The notes under the pieces were generated by a model. The model made no database searches and was not told where the DNA came from. It saw only the letters and a program-made list of their open reading frames with translations. Below are positions 47,048 to 59,840 of a stretch of DNA of 64,000 bases, piece by piece. The first letter of the stretch is position 1, and every line of letters starts with the position of its first letter. The position numbers were made by a program, and so were the translations under genes. The DNA comes from Mayamaea pseudoterrestris (Eukaryota). The DNA lies in contig BROI01000039.1 of assembly GCA_027923505.1 (NCBI GenBank), positions 1 to 64,000 of the forward strand. Reading direction: 5' to 3'.

Positions 47048-47386
47048 TTATTGTTTTGACTCTGACTCATTGTTAAGTCGTCGCTGTGACTGGATCTTTT
47101 CCATTTCACGCTGATAGTCCTTGTCCTGTTTCAAATACTCTGCAAACGTTTCCTTCTTTTCAAATGCAGTCTTGATTATATCCTCCTGTCGAGCTCGTCG
47201 TGCCGGAAAGTCCTTGTCCATTTCGCCCAAGAGTCGCTTCTTTTCCTCCTTGAGGCAACAGTCAAGTCGGACTTTGATACCATTGCAGCCACCCAAGTAT
47301 TTTAGTTTCCAGTCAGCATGACATGCTCTTAGCTCTTGAATGACTTGGTCACAGTCAGGATGAGGTCGATCGAGTGGAGGATGCAT
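47048..47386 (-). CDS. CMC2: Twin CX9C COX assembly protein CMC2-like
   Basis: MHPPLDRPHPDC-X9-CH...GGCN-X8-CLKEE. Confidence 0.8.
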   Translation of the reverse strand: MHPPLDRPHPDCDQVIQELRACHADWKLKYLGGCNGIKVRLDCCLKEEKKRLLGEMDKDFPARRARQEDIIKTAFEKKETFAEYLKQDKDYQREMEKIQSQRRLNNESESKQ

Positions 47387-47609
47387 AACGGAGAAGGTTG
47401 TGGGCTGTGAAATAATTTTGTGAAGCAACGACAAAGAAAATGGACGGCTCGAAAGTCGCTGCGACACGAAAAATGAGTTTTCATTGACGCTGACGTTTTT
47501 CACGTGGTGACGAACGCCTCGCGTCGCGCGCACACAATCCAAGCTGCCTCGCCTCTTGATCCTGTGACTTGCACCTACACACCTTTCCACTGCTTTCATC
47601 GCCATCATC

Positions 47610-48460
47610 ATGACCAGCATTATACAAAACTTTCGACACGCACTCAAGTATCGGGGAGGATGGCGAGGTCTTTTGGAGCACATGTACACGGTGAGTAAAG
47701 TAGACAATGGAAGAAGACGCAGCTGACAAGAGGTGCGGAGGCGCGTGATGATGCAGCAAGCACCAGCTTTAACTCAATTATATCATTTTGATGCTCCCTT
47801 TAGAACGGTGACTACCCCTTCAAGTTTGGAACCTACATGGGTAGTGATGCCGCTGGCAATCGCTACTATGAAAACATTGTTGACTACCAGCTTGGCCAGC
47901 ATCGCTGGGTGGAGCCAGGCGACGCGGACAACTTCGACTCTTCGCAGGTTCCGCCAGAGTGGCAGGGCTGGTTGACCTGCATGAACGATGCGACTCCTGC
48001 CATGGAGGAAAACTACATTGAGGACAAGATGAAGAGTTTAAAGGTTGGAGAAGTCTCGCATGCGCCCTACCGCAACATTGTCGGTCATCAGGAGCCCTTC
48101 TTTAATTTTCATCACATGCACAATCAGTCACAGATTCGCTCGCGCGGCTATAATATTGGGAACCATGTAGTTGGCTTGCCACCGGGTGCGCCGGATGCCT
48201 ACTACACGCAGCCAGGGTCGCCATATAATGAAGCCTTTTTGCGCAAGCATGAAATGATTGGAAGTCTTGATCAAGACGGTGGGCGAGCCTACAAGAGTGA
48301 AATGTGGAAGGAGCGCTTGAAGACAGCGGCTGAAAAAGAAGCGGAGAAGAAGGCTGAACAAGAAACCTGGACTAAGCCGTATGAGACTGCCAAGACAGTC
48401 GAAAGGCTTTCCGCGCGAGAGCAAGCAATTTTGGCGCGTGGTGGCTCGCTCGCCAAGTAA
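47610..48460 (+). CDS. NDUFA12: Complex I subunit NDUFA12, 2 exons (intron 47691-47803)
   Basis: GTYMGSDAAGNRYYEN, HRWVE, SQVPPEWQGWL; GTGAGT...TTTAG intron in frame. Confidence 0.9.
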
Positions 48461-48515
48461 ATTTGCTAGTATTGGAATTTAATAATTAAAGTAAATAAAA
48501 AAAGGTTATGATTAC

Positions 48516-51500
48516 TCACTCTTGTACTTGATTATTAAGCAAGTCCTCCTGCATCTGGAAGACAACACTTCCGAGATCCGATGCATCGTCGACCTGATAC
48601 ACTTGCTCCTTGTCAACTGCATCATCTACCTTTCGTTCAGTTGGATACATTTCGCCCGACAAGAGCTGCAACTGGTTTGGCTTGTCCGCGAACTGATCAA
48701 ACGTCCGTCTGAGGTCGTAGTGTGAAGCAAAGAGCTCCTGCCGACACAAGACGTATAGCCCAAGCCGCGCACGTGAGACTGCCACAACGAGACGACGAAT
48801 GTCGCGCAAGTGTCCAATCTTTTCCGTGCGCACCAAGGAAAGTATGATGTAATTGTTTTGCTGCCCTTGGTATTGATCTACGGTCGAGACGGCGTGTGGT
48901 CGAACGCCCGCTAGTGGTGTTCCGGGGCCACATCGTTGAGCTAAAATGTCGCAAATGAGCTCTCGCTGGCCATTATAAGTCGTGAGAATGGATATCGATT
49001 CCGTTGGATAGCCGATGAGAACCATGTATTGAAAAAGAGCGACTGCATACTCAGCCTCGCCGATATTCTGGAAAAAGTAAGGCGTAGGGGCGGATTCTCC
49101 CTTGCCTTGGAAATCTTCCACATTGATAACTTGAAAAGTATGCACAAATCCAGCGTTGGCGGCTCGGTATTCTTCAGACTCAGAGACCAGTTCGAGATTT
49201 CCGAGGTTCTTGTAGCGCCAACTGTAGAGAGCAGCGATCTCGGGCCGGGCTCGCCCCTGCTTGTCAAGCTGAATGTGAGGCACACCGAGCTTGATTAGAC
49301 GAGAGAACATGCTCTGGTCAAGGCTGCTGTACGTCGCAAAGGTCATATTCTTGATAACAGGAGGGAGCTGATTATGATCTCCCATAAAAGAAATCCGTTT
49401 TAATCGAGAGCTTCCATGTCCGGTAATTCCCATTTGCAGCAGCAATGGAATGAACGTTTCAATCTCTGTCATTTGCCCAGCCTCTTCAATGACGACATTG
49501 TCGTACTCGAATCCCAGATCAAGCAAATGGCTTCTGGCAATTGCTGCATGCGTACACGTCATGGCGACAACACGGGCTTGGTGCAACAGAAGATAGTCGG
49601 TGCGCTGCCTTTGATTACGAAGCAACTCCAGAGGTCGGTACTCAGCAAGCTCGGTAAACAACGTTTTCAGCTTGCCAAATAAGTCCGTCGCCTTTTCCAC
49701 TGTCAAGCTGGTTTCATTCAGCTTAAAGTAACTAGCAAAGGGAAAGATTGAACACACATCAGATGTTGTGTCCTTCAACTTTGAAGCTTGGCGATCAAAC
49801 AAGCGAATGCGCCTTGCGATGTGGTTTTCGTAAAAGTACGCGGCTGTCTCGCACGTATACGACGGGGAACCATCTGAACCGCGCTCAGCTCTTCCGCTGA
49901 GACCGAGAGACTCGGAAAGCTGCTGGACTTGCTCTAGCAAATGGCTTCTTCGGTGCAGACTGTATGCTACTCTCCCAGCTTTCGTAAAATCATGGGACGA
50001 GTCTACTTGCAAATCACGCTCGCCCGATCCCAAACGAAGTAAGTAACGCTCATCAACATCGCCACGAGCAGTCACCTTTTGAAAAATATCGTTTAATGCA
50101 GCATTTGAATGGGTGATAATAACAGTGCGCTGTGTCGGAAAGGAATGATACAAACTGGCGATTATTTGCACTGCAACATCGGTTTCTGAAAACAAGTATA
50201 ATTTACGTGAGACATACGGTCTGACTAGAGGAGCAATTCACGGCAGGGCAACTTACTTCCTGTTCCAGGTGGTCCTACAACAACTGAAAGGCCGGGTGAT
50301 AGCCCTGACCGAATCGCCTCGACCTGAACTGGTGTAAAAGCGACAGTATTACCTCGCTCTGATTCAGGGAAAGCGTATGATTCTACATGGGCTACTCTCT
50401 TTCCATCAACATCGCTGAATCGAATTCGATAATTCTTGCGACTTTCTGTTGCGCTCTGACTTGCTGTTTCGCCGTTTCCGTCCACGACAACCTGATCCCC
50501 TGCAAACGAGTCTCGAAGGTGGTTCTCGCTGACGAACGTATCGCCAAAATCTAGTTGAACGCCTGCTTTGGGCATGTCGGTAGTCGCGCTGATATCATGG
50601 TCTCGCAAAATTCCCGATTTGTAGCTTGCTGCCGACGGGTCATGGCCCAAGAGCACTTTCTGGAGCCATAGTGGAACAACACGATCAATTGATCCCATAC
50701 CGATCATAAGGCCACGAATAGTCTCTAAAACAGCCTTAAAGTTGTTCTCTGCGCCTCTTCTTCGTACAACCAGATTCAATGAATCGTACATTGATGTTCC
50801 AGCAGGAGAGTTCTTGTCAGCGTGGTATTGTGAAGGATCAAGAGCGACACGAAGAAATCGTTTGTTCCCAACGGGTGCTCCTGAACCTGGCTCACTGAGC
50901 ACGTTGCCGTTTTCGTCCTTCACTTGCAGGATCATGCATCCGCGAACCAAAGTCACACCGAATCGGTTCGGAAATGTTGAATCGTCTTCGTCAGGGACTC
51001 GTCGATCCTTGTCATTCTCCCAGCGATGGTGACTGCCGTGCTGCAAATGGTATTCACTCAGTAGTGGCGCTCCCATTCCAGACATTCTGGACGCATCCAC
51101 CGACAAGAGAAAGATTACGTCGTGCTCGCCAAGCGCGTCCCACTCAGCACGAAGATAATCACTGCATGGCTTTAAATCAATCGCAATCTCAGCAATAACT
51201 TTCTCTGGGTGCTTCTGGCCGAGGAGGGGCTTTGCAACCTTGATTATTTTGATTTTGTTGTCACTCTCTATTGCAGTCAGCTCGAGAGCCATTTTTGCCC
51301 ATCCCGTGAATTCAGTGGTGATTTTAGTCACGGGGTTGTAATTGTCATCTTGCAGCATGCTTTGCCGCGCAAGTGGACGCAAACGCCGGACCGCATCGAC
51401 CAGATCGGATCGTATCTCGTAAGCCGATTCCAAGCGACTTAGTTCAAAGTTGCGACTTAAATAATCCAAGAACGATAGAAACGTGGCCGATGATAGCTTA

Positions 51501-52984
51501 GGAACGGAAAGAACCCTTGACGCTGGCAGCATACTCGCGAGCGAGGGTGGAATTTTCGTCGGGTCCCAAAGAATGCTCTTTGTGGGGTACAAGGGAAAGG
51601 AGGTTAATTGTTGGATCGCATCCGGAGGCATGACAATGTACTCTTCTAGTACACTTAGCAGAAAATCACGGCTATACAGTTCCGAGTGTCCAGTTGTCAC
51701 ATCCACCAAGCGCATCTTGTGCAGCAGCTCCAAGAGCTGAGAATCCTGCAATCCCCCCAAGGCATTTCGAACAAAAGTGCTCGACCGACACAACAAGCCA
51801 ACGCCAGCGTACACCAAGTCGGGTACAAGCTCGGCATAGTAGCGATGACAAAGTTTCTGCAAAATGCTAGCTCTGGCATGATACAGTGCCTGCTGCTCCG
51901 TCGAAGAAAGTGAGACATACTGCTTGTCATGGCCTCGGCTCGTCGAGTGAACCACCGGATACTGTTTCAGTAGCTTGTCAATACGCTCCAGCAGTTGCTG
52001 CGCCAAGAACATATTTTCCTCCGCCTTGGAAAATGTGGAGACGCCCAGCACCAGTCGACACTGCAGGCAAAAGTGCATCGACTGCAAATAGACGGACACT
52101 CGACGCTGCGACTGTGTGATTCCCAAGACATCGATCAAAATCTCGAGCGCGCGATGGACAAAGATCCATTGGTGCAAATGCAGGCTAGCCTCGTCAGTAT
52201 CGTTATCGTCTTCATTGTCGTCATCATCATTGTCAGTAGTGCTCATCTTGTCGCCATGCATCTTTAGTTGATTGCCTTGAAGCAACCGCAACAACGCCTC
52301 CACGACAAAGATAACCATTGGAGTCTTGTCCTTGTCAAGCCCTGAAATAGCCTTTTCATAGTCCATCTCCAAGTCGCGCTGCTTTAACTCCAGTGTTCGC
52401 CTTCGCTCCGGCATCCAGTACCAGATTGCCAGGCTTGCTCCTGCATGCAGCATCAAGTCGGGCGAAATCAATGTAGCGTTTGTCTGCGCCTGCATCCAAA
52501 CCTTGTCGCAAAAGTGAACCATCGTACTCAAGCTGTACCAATATCCAGCCGATTCATCATTGTTGGCATTCGAAAGCATGGGTTGAAGAACTGTTTCGGT
52601 AACTTTACTGAAAAGCGATGCATCATTGACAAAATCCAAACTGCATCGATCGTCGCGCGTCACCAGCACGGCAAATATTTCGCTAGCCTGCGAAAAACGG
52701 TCCGTTGCATTCGCTCGTTCTTCATTTGTAATGCCCTCCTTGTTTGTCTCCGCATGAATGCGACCAAGCGTATTCCAAACTTGCTCGGTGCTGACAAATG
52801 ATGATGATGCAGCATGAGTGCTGTGGAAGCGATGTTCAAAGTCGACGACTATTGTTTCGTAGAGACTGGAAATGTCGAGCGGCGCGTCGTTTGACAGTTG
52901 CGGCGGCCGTTGCTTCTGCTTTGGCTTCTTTTGCTGCTGCGTAGACAAGCCCTGAGGCTTGCGCTTGCGAAAGGGAGGTGCCAT
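48516..52984 (-). CDS. AQR: Intron-binding spliceosomal helicase Aquarius, 2 exons (intron 50256-50186)
   Basis: LSRNFELSRLESAYEIRSD, ENNFKAVLETIR, spliced GPPGTGKTD, AMTCTHAA, EEAGQ, GDHNQLPP, TVDQYQGQQN. Confidence 0.95.
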
Positions 52985-53383
52985 GGTGAATGAATGGAAC
53001 GATTATGCGAGCGATGATGGGCTGCAGGATCGCATGGTTCAGGCTTGCATGTCGCAGCGTTACAAAATGACCGGTACTCACATGATTGTCGCACCATGGA
53101 TGGATGGGATGAAGGGATTGCAACGAAACGAACGCACTTGATGCATCAAGCGAGCGATTATACGAGGAGGCTTCTTGCACCCAGGTTTAATCTTGCCAGA
53201 ACGATAGAATAGTTGAGAGCGACATTCACATACAGCGAGAAGCTCATTTCGATATAGAGTGAAGTCAGATTAATCGGAAAGAGAAGCGAATCGTCGGACC
53301 TTAAGAACAAGTGAAGAAGATACTTCAACTTGCACCTCCGATTCAACCCATCCATCGCGGCCATTTTCTACCTCGATTCAATC

Positions 53384-55104
53384 ATGCAATATTTGATTCA
53401 ATTGCTCGCCTTCTTGGCGGCTCCAAGTCTTGCTTGGGCTCCTTCCAAAAGCTACTTGACGACGAAACGTGCATCACAAACATCAATGGCAGCGTCGCTT
53501 TCAACGCAGCAGCAAAATAACAATCCATCCACGACCGACGCTCCAGTTCCATTCTTTCTTAGTACCGCTGCTTCCTCGGATTCCTCGTCATCGGCACCTC
53601 GAGTCAATGGAGTCAATGTAAATGTAAATGGACCTTCACATGTCAATGGCGAGCATGCTCCAATGCAGCCGCACAATCATCACCAGCAGCAACCGCAACA
53701 CAACAATCCCGTCGAGTCATTCTCCGCAAGCGTCGACCAAGGCCGCGTTTTGGAAGGAGGCAAAGTCATTGACTTTGGCAATGTCAAGGCGTCCAGTCGA
53801 GCCGAGCAAGCATTATTGGATGCACGAAATATAGTCTTGTCGGATGGCGCTGCACTGATGAGCGAACCAACGACGGAAATACTAGGCATTCACCAAGATG
53901 TCATTGACTTGGTCGGTCATTCGCTTGGCGAATTTGCCACGCCGCAGGAGGTACAAGATTGCGCAGCTTGGTTGAGAAGCCGCGCACAAACGTCGCTCTT
54001 TTCGGCAGAGACTGCTGCGCATCACGAGCTGCAACAAAACACGTTTGACGTTTCCCAAGTAACACAATACAAAAAGATTCTCCACCAAGCCTACGAAGAA
54101 GCTGGCGAAGTGACATCGGCCTACGCCAAGACCTTTTACATGGGAACCATGCTACTTCCCGAGAGTGCGCGTCGCGCCATTTGGGCCATTTACGTTTGGT
54201 GCCGCCGGACGGATGAAATTGTCGACGCGCCGCGGGAGGCAAGCGACGGACAAGCCGCCATGCTGCGCGACTTGAGCGCGTGGGAACTGCGGCTTGAGCA
54301 ACTATGGGCCACGGGGCAAGTGGTTGATGTTTATGACTTGTGTCTGTTGGATGTGCGGGTGCAATACCCAAAGCTAGATATTACGCCGTTTATGGATATG
54401 ATCCGTGGCATGCTCATGGATGTTCCGGGGCTTGGACAGGATCGGTATGATACTTTTGATGAGCTACATTTATACTGCTATCGAGTTGCTGGGACGGTTG
54501 GAATTATGAGTCTGCCAGTCTTCGGATGTGCGCCTGGTTACTCGGATGAAGTGGCAAGGTAAGCAATTTGCAGTGATTGATGGTAGAGACGCAATGGGAT
54601 GGGCAGGATGCAATACTGATACGCTGCATTCGGTTCATACACAGAGAACCCGCTCTATCGCTGGGCGTCGCTTTCCAACTTACAAACATATTGCGTGATG
54701 TCGGAGAAGATGCCGTTCAGCGCGGCCGAGTTTACTTGCCACAGGAAGACTTAGCGCGGTTTGGGGTGACGGAAGATCAAATCTTTGAGCAGCGGGTCGA
54801 CGAGAACTACATTAAGCTCATGGAATTTGAAATTGAAAGAGCGCGCATGTACTACGAGCGGGCTCGACGAGGTGTCTTTATGCTTGCAGCGGAGAGTCGG
54901 CTCCCAGTGCAAAGCTCGCTGGACGCCTATGGACGAATTCTTGACAAGATTGAGGAAAATGGCTACGATTCATTGACAAAGCGCGCCTACGTTGATAAGT
55001 TTGAGAAGTTATCAATAATACCATTCTCATGGTACAGAACATTGGACCTTTCCATGATACTTCCTTTGCCGGGCGACCAACCAGTCGACCTTGCTGTGCG
55101 GTGA
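53384..55104 (+). CDS. PSY: Phytoene synthase, 2 exons (intron 54559-54644)
   Basis: YAKTFY, WCRRTDEIVD, YCYRVAGTVG, QLTNILRDVGED, RGRVYLP; SLA-WAP plastid targeting motif. Confidence 0.96.
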
Positions 55105-55251
55105 ACATTGTCGATTGTTCGACGCTGACTGGATGCATGAGCCAACCTTTAATTACACACTTACAATTAGCCTTTAACCTCATTCATGTAACTTTAGTCA
55201 AAACCAATAACAATCGATACATAAAGTTTACTGTGTATATGGCTTGGCTAC

Positions 55252-56119
55252 TTAAATCGAGAATTCCTCTGGCCCGACAGACGGAGCCTCATCGTCGCTA
55301 GACACAGGTCGAAACGACCAGCAGTCATCCATGTTTGGCTCAGGTGGCGCCTTCTTGCATGTATGCTGCACCGAGCATGGCAAGGCTTGCTTCAAGATGC
55401 CGTACTGCAAGCGTCGCGTGCGTTTTATTTTAGTTGTGGCAGCTTCATGCAGTCGTTCCAGCGATGTTAGCTCAACGTGTGCACTATCAATCTGGTAATC
55501 CAAGACCGACCGACGCGCCAAGATCTCATCGTGATGCTTACCGCAGGCAAAGATTGAAAACTTTGGTTTGTAAAGGTAGTACTGCTCTGCCAGTTTCAAC
55601 TCCTCTTGAAACTTTTGGATATGAACCGCCGCCTCCAACGCAAACTGACGAATCGTAAACTCCTGTTGCCGCAGCTGGTGGATATCCTTTTCGTATTCTA
55701 TCAATTTGTCTTCATACTTGGACCAATCGTCGTTCAAATGTACATTCATGTTTTGCGACTGCATATACGAAAAGCCTTCATGAAGCAACCGCTGGATCGC
55801 TCGTCGATTGCGGCGACACGCCGAGCGAGTTGAGCACTGGCAGTTTGATTCCTGCTTGGTCAATATCGAGGCAACATTCTCGTCAGAATCATCTCCAGTG
55901 CCTTCCAACAAAAGTGCTTCTGAATGACGAAACAAAAAGTCTTCGACATGGACAATGTCGGCATTGATGCTGCAAAGGTAGCCGAGTGCCGTATGGAGTG
56001 CTTGCGCTCGATCCAAGAGGTTGGAGGCGTCGGGCATTTTTGTCTCGTCGTCCTCCCCCATGCCAAGCTCTTGCTGCTGCTGCTGCTGTTCCTGCTGCCT
56101 CGAACCGATAAAAGCCATG
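55252..56119 (-). CDS. Hypothetical coiled-coil protein
   Basis: ORF from MAFIGSRQQ with poly-Q and helical composition. Confidence 0.55.
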
Positions 56120-56304
56120 GTCGAACGAAAGAATCCAAAATGCGCTATATATTGACTCTCACTTTTAAATACACTCCTTGCGTTGCAAAATAGGAGTCGC
56201 GCGAAGTAAACGCGACTCCTACGGTTGGGCACGAAACGGTCGCACCACTTTCTCCCTTTCGACTTCGACTAGCTATCGAGTCCCACCATTAACAATGTAA
56301 AGCC

Positions 56305-56754
56305 TCACTTTTTCCTAGTAACATCCACAACTTGTACCTTGTAAATGTATGTTGCATTCGCAAGTATATTGGGCGGACAGCCAACTGATCCGTAGCCATA
56401 GAGTGGCGGAACCACGACTTCGGCGATTTGGCCGAGGCTCAACTTTGGAACAGCCAACTCCAGTCCCAGAATCAAGTGGTTGGCTCCCACTTCAATTTTT
56501 AATGGTTTCGGCGTCTCATCGACAAGAGTCCCGTCCTCTGTCAATATTTGGTACATGAGCTGGATAACGTAAAATGAATGAGCGAGAACTTGTTCCGTGG
56601 CAGCTGCAGCCATCACGCCAGTCACACCACTTACCAGACAAGTATCTCCCTTTCGCGGATAGTTGACTCCATCGCCATCCGTGATTGTATAGATCACAAT
56701 TCCATGCCCTTGGAGGCGCATCGGAATCTCTTCACGGTCCATGCCTCGCTTCAT
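56305..56754 (-). CDS. FKBP-type PPIase, probable 75-nt intron 56634-56560
   Basis: GDGVNYPRKGD, LILGLE, LSLGQ, PLYGYG, PPNI; GTAAGT...CCAG. Confidence 0.85.
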   Translation of the reverse strand: MKRGMDREEIPMRLQGHGIVIYTITDGDGVNYPRKGDTCLVSGVTGVMAAAATEQVLAHSFYVIQLMYQILTEDGTLVDETPKPLKIEVGANHLILGLELAVPKLSLGQIAEVVVPPLYGYGSVGCPPNILANATYIYKVQVVDVTRKK

Positions 56755-56796
56755 GGTGGCGCTTTGTCGTGATGGTCTTACGTCGTAGCAGTAGTA

Positions 56797-57168
56797 GTTG
56801 TCATGAGTCCCGGCAAAACCAAAGTTTTTGGCACTGTAAGCTCAACAGTAGTCCTCAAAATCAAAGTTTTTGGCACTGTAAGCTCAACAGTAGTCATGAG
56901 TCCCGGCAAAATCAAAGTTTTTGGCACTGTATGCTCAACAGTACTCATGAGTCCCGGCAAAATCAAAGTTATTGGCACTGTAGTAGTCATGAGTCCCGGC
57001 AAAATCAAAGTTTTTGGCACTGTAAGCTCAACAGTAGTCCTCAAAATCAAAGTTTTTGGCACTGTAAGCTCAACAGTAGTCATGAGTCCCGGCAAAATCA
57101 AAGTTTTTGGCACTGTATGCTCAACAGTACTCATGAGTCCCGGGAAAATCAAAGTTATTGGCACTGTG
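56797..57168. repeat. Minisatellite of 51- and 42-bp units; 186-bp tetramer present twice
   Basis: Core AAAATCAAAGTTTTTGGCACTGTA or close variant x8; tetramer starts at 56803 and 56989. Confidence 0.95.
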
Positions 57169-57270
57169 TACTGCGTAAAACCGATACGTCTTTTTGAATT
57201 CGTGGCGAGGAAAACGAAACGACGACGAATGGATCCATCGTTTCTCACATGCGGCCGCCGACGGCCGAGG

Positions 57271-58242
57271 ATGACTATGCTGTCGAGGACGCCTATAGTC
57301 CTGTGGTCCTTTTGTGCTTGCAGCATTACTGCCTTCTCATTTCAAGAAGGAAGTATAGCTGGATCACCATCCTCATCCATTGGAACGAAACGGTCGACGG
57401 ATCATTTTGACATTGCCGCTGCTTCATTTGATGCAGAAAATGCAACAACATCTCTCGAGCAACCACTATTGACAGTTTTGATTCCAGCATTCAATGAGGA
57501 GCTGCGTATTCGATCAACTTTGGAGGATATTGATGCTTACTTTGCAAACTCAGCTCAATGGAAGCAAGCTCGCGTGTTGGTCGCGAGTGATGGCTCGACG
57601 GATGCTACTAGCAGCGTCGTTCAAAGTGTCAATGCAAGCTCGACAGTACCAATGGAGTGTATTCATCTACCGAAAAATGAAGGCAAAGGTGCAGCATTGA
57701 GCTTTGGACTGCAGCACATTTACAACAGGCAACCGAATGGCTTGATTCTCACGGCCGATGCGGACGGAAGCGGCGAGATTGCTTGCCTTGAGAATTTATA
57801 CGCTACAATGAATTCTTTATTACACAAAACCAAGCCTTCTTGGGGGAATGAAGCAATGGTGGTGGGTTATAGAACGGAGAAAGACAAACGCGGCTCGCGC
57901 ATGGGACTACGAAAGGGTTTTCGATGGGTCGTTCGCACCATTGTTGGAGACTTGGGAGTCAGCGACAGCCAGTGCGGTTTCAAGCTCATGACGGCCACTG
58001 CTGGCAACAGGCTTTACAGTGACTTGGCGTTGAAAGGATGGAGTCATGACGTTGAAGTGCTTTACAAGTGCCGACAGCTTGGGATACCGCTGGCTGAAGC
58101 CGAAGTATTTTGGCAAGACAAGGCTGGCTCCAAGCTAGTCAGTTCACCTGGAGGCATCGGGGCCGTTACACTCCAAATGCTACTTGATGTTCTTTCAATA
58201 CGATTGTACTGGAGTAGGAAATGGAATAGTAGCGGAGAATGA
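57271..58242 (+). CDS. GT2 dolichyl-phosphate glycosyltransferase (ALG5-like)
   Basis: IPAFNEE, DGSTD, NEGKGAA, DADG, DSQCGFKL, WSHDVE, GSKL. Confidence 0.85.
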   Translation: MTMLSRTPIVLWSFCACSITAFSFQEGSIAGSPSSSIGTKRSTDHFDIAAASFDAENATTSLEQPLLTVLIPAFNEELRIRSTLEDIDAYFANSAQWKQARVLVASDGSTDATSSVVQSVNASSTVPMECIHLPKNEGKGAALSFGLQHIYNRQPNGLILTADADGSGEIACLENLYATMNSLLHKTKPSWGNEAMVVGYRTEKDKRGSRMGLRKGFRWVVRTIVGDLGVSDSQCGFKLMTATAGNRLYSDLALKGWSHDVEVLYKCRQLGIPLAEAEVFWQDKAGSKLVSSPGGIGAVTLQMLLDVLSIRLYWSRKWNSSGE

Positions 58243-58762
58243 GTAGTTCAAGGCGAAATGCTCCTGTGCTTCATTTCGCTTCGCTTCTCGCGAACTATGA
58301 CGAGGAAGTGCATACACAGCAGGACACATGCTTTGTGCGCGCCGGATACAAACCATGCTACAAACCATGTAGAAAATATGGGCAATAGGTTTGTGAATTA
58401 CTGCGACCTGCAACGCACGATGCTCATTGCGACCGCACGATGCTCATTGCGACCAATATGTCTGGCATGATTGCAAGATGCGGCGGTAGAGGCAGAAGCG
58501 AGTACTTTATACCAAACAGCTGAATGTATATTGTTTACGTCAATGTTGTGATAGAACAGCAGACCGGTACAAGTAATAGCATTGATGATAACAATAGAAG
58601 ATACATAATATATCGTCGACCGTTTCGTCAATAGCAAGACATAGTCACACTGGTTTTGACATTTCCGTCGCTGATGCATGCGCAACAACAAAAGATAAAA
58701 TTGGCTTGCATGATTCAAGCGAATGTATACGAATTGAGATATATTCAGCCATTACCAACATC

Positions 58763-59680
58763 ATGAGACCCATTCATATCAGTATCCTGTCTCTCATTCT
58801 CATCGTAGCTCCAATTTCATCTTGGATGACGAGTCGGCCGACAACGTATCGAACGTCACGCACCACCATTCTTTCGTCGTCTTCGTCTTCTTCCACATCA
58901 TCCACAAACATTGAATCTCTTGGACTGACTCCAGAGCTCGCCAAACTGACGACAGCCTTTTCAAGCATTGGCGACGACAAGCTTCGCTACAAGCAGTTGC
59001 TGTACATGGCCAATCAGCTGGCTCCCATGGACGATTCGCTCAAGACGCCGAATAATATTGTTCCTGGCTGTTTGAGCACCGTCTACATACATGCCACGAA
59101 ACGAGACGACGGCTCCATACACTTTCAGGGCGATAGTGACGGCTTGCTGACCAAGGGACTTGTTGCGCTTTTGGTGCGAGGCTTGTCGGGCAATGGCGCG
59201 CAAAATATTCAGAAGGTGGACCCCCAGTTTATTCAATTGGCTGGCATTAGCGCTAGTTTGACTCCTGGACGAAACAATGGCTTTTTAAACATGCTCAAAG
59301 TCATGAAGCAGCAAGCAAAGAGTTTGGAGGAACTGCAGTCGAGTAGCGATCAAAATGAAGGTGCAGCAACGAGTGAGTCCGACACATCGACGACTTCCAG
59401 CAGCAACGGCGGCACCAAGTACGATGCCATCATTCAAGCACTCCAAATACTGCAACCAACCAAGATTGACTTGATTGACAATTCCCATCAGCACGCTGGT
59501 CACGCTGGCAACGACATGGACGGCGAGTCGCACTTTGACTTGTACATTGTCGCCGACGCATTTGACGGCCTCAACCTCGTCAAGCGACACAAGCTCGTGT
59601 ATACCGTCCTTGGCGAACTAATGCCAAAAATCCATGCGCTGCAAATACGAGCGCAAACGCCAAGTGAAGCAAGCAAGTAA
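58763..59680 (+). CDS. sufE: Plastid SufE-BolA fusion (SufE1-like)
   Basis: VPGCLSTVY, LTPGRNNGFLNM, then SHQHAGH, GESHF, LVKRHKLVY, IHAL; signal peptide followed by ISS-W. Confidence 0.9.
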   Translation: MRPIHISILSLILIVAPISSWMTSRPTTYRTSRTTILSSSSSSSTSSTNIESLGLTPELAKLTTAFSSIGDDKLRYKQLLYMANQLAPMDDSLKTPNNIVPGCLSTVYIHATKRDDGSIHFQGDSDGLLTKGLVALLVRGLSGNGAQNIQKVDPQFIQLAGISASLTPGRNNGFLNMLKVMKQQAKSLEELQSSSDQNEGAATSESDTSTTSSSNGGTKYDAIIQALQILQPTKIDLIDNSHQHAGHAGNDMDGESHFDLYIVADAFDGLNLVKRHKLVYTVLGELMPKIHALQIRAQTPSEASK

Positions 59681-59840
59681 GCGATGTATGCATTATTGTT
59701 TATGAATAAGATGTGGTGGATCTGCAGAGCGAGGATTGTTAGCGATGTTTGCTGAGTATCAGCACGGAGATTGTCGGAACGTAGCGCAAATTTCACATAG
59801 AGCTATCTAATCCTACAAAATTGTTTTGTTGATGCTTCTA

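Noticed and set aside
47387..47707. Upstream extension of the CMC2 ORF
   Set aside because: Overlaps NDUFA12 exon 1 antisense; family similarity begins at MHPPL
58763..59680. SufE-BolA fusion as a novelty
   Set aside because: Known architecture (plant SufE1)
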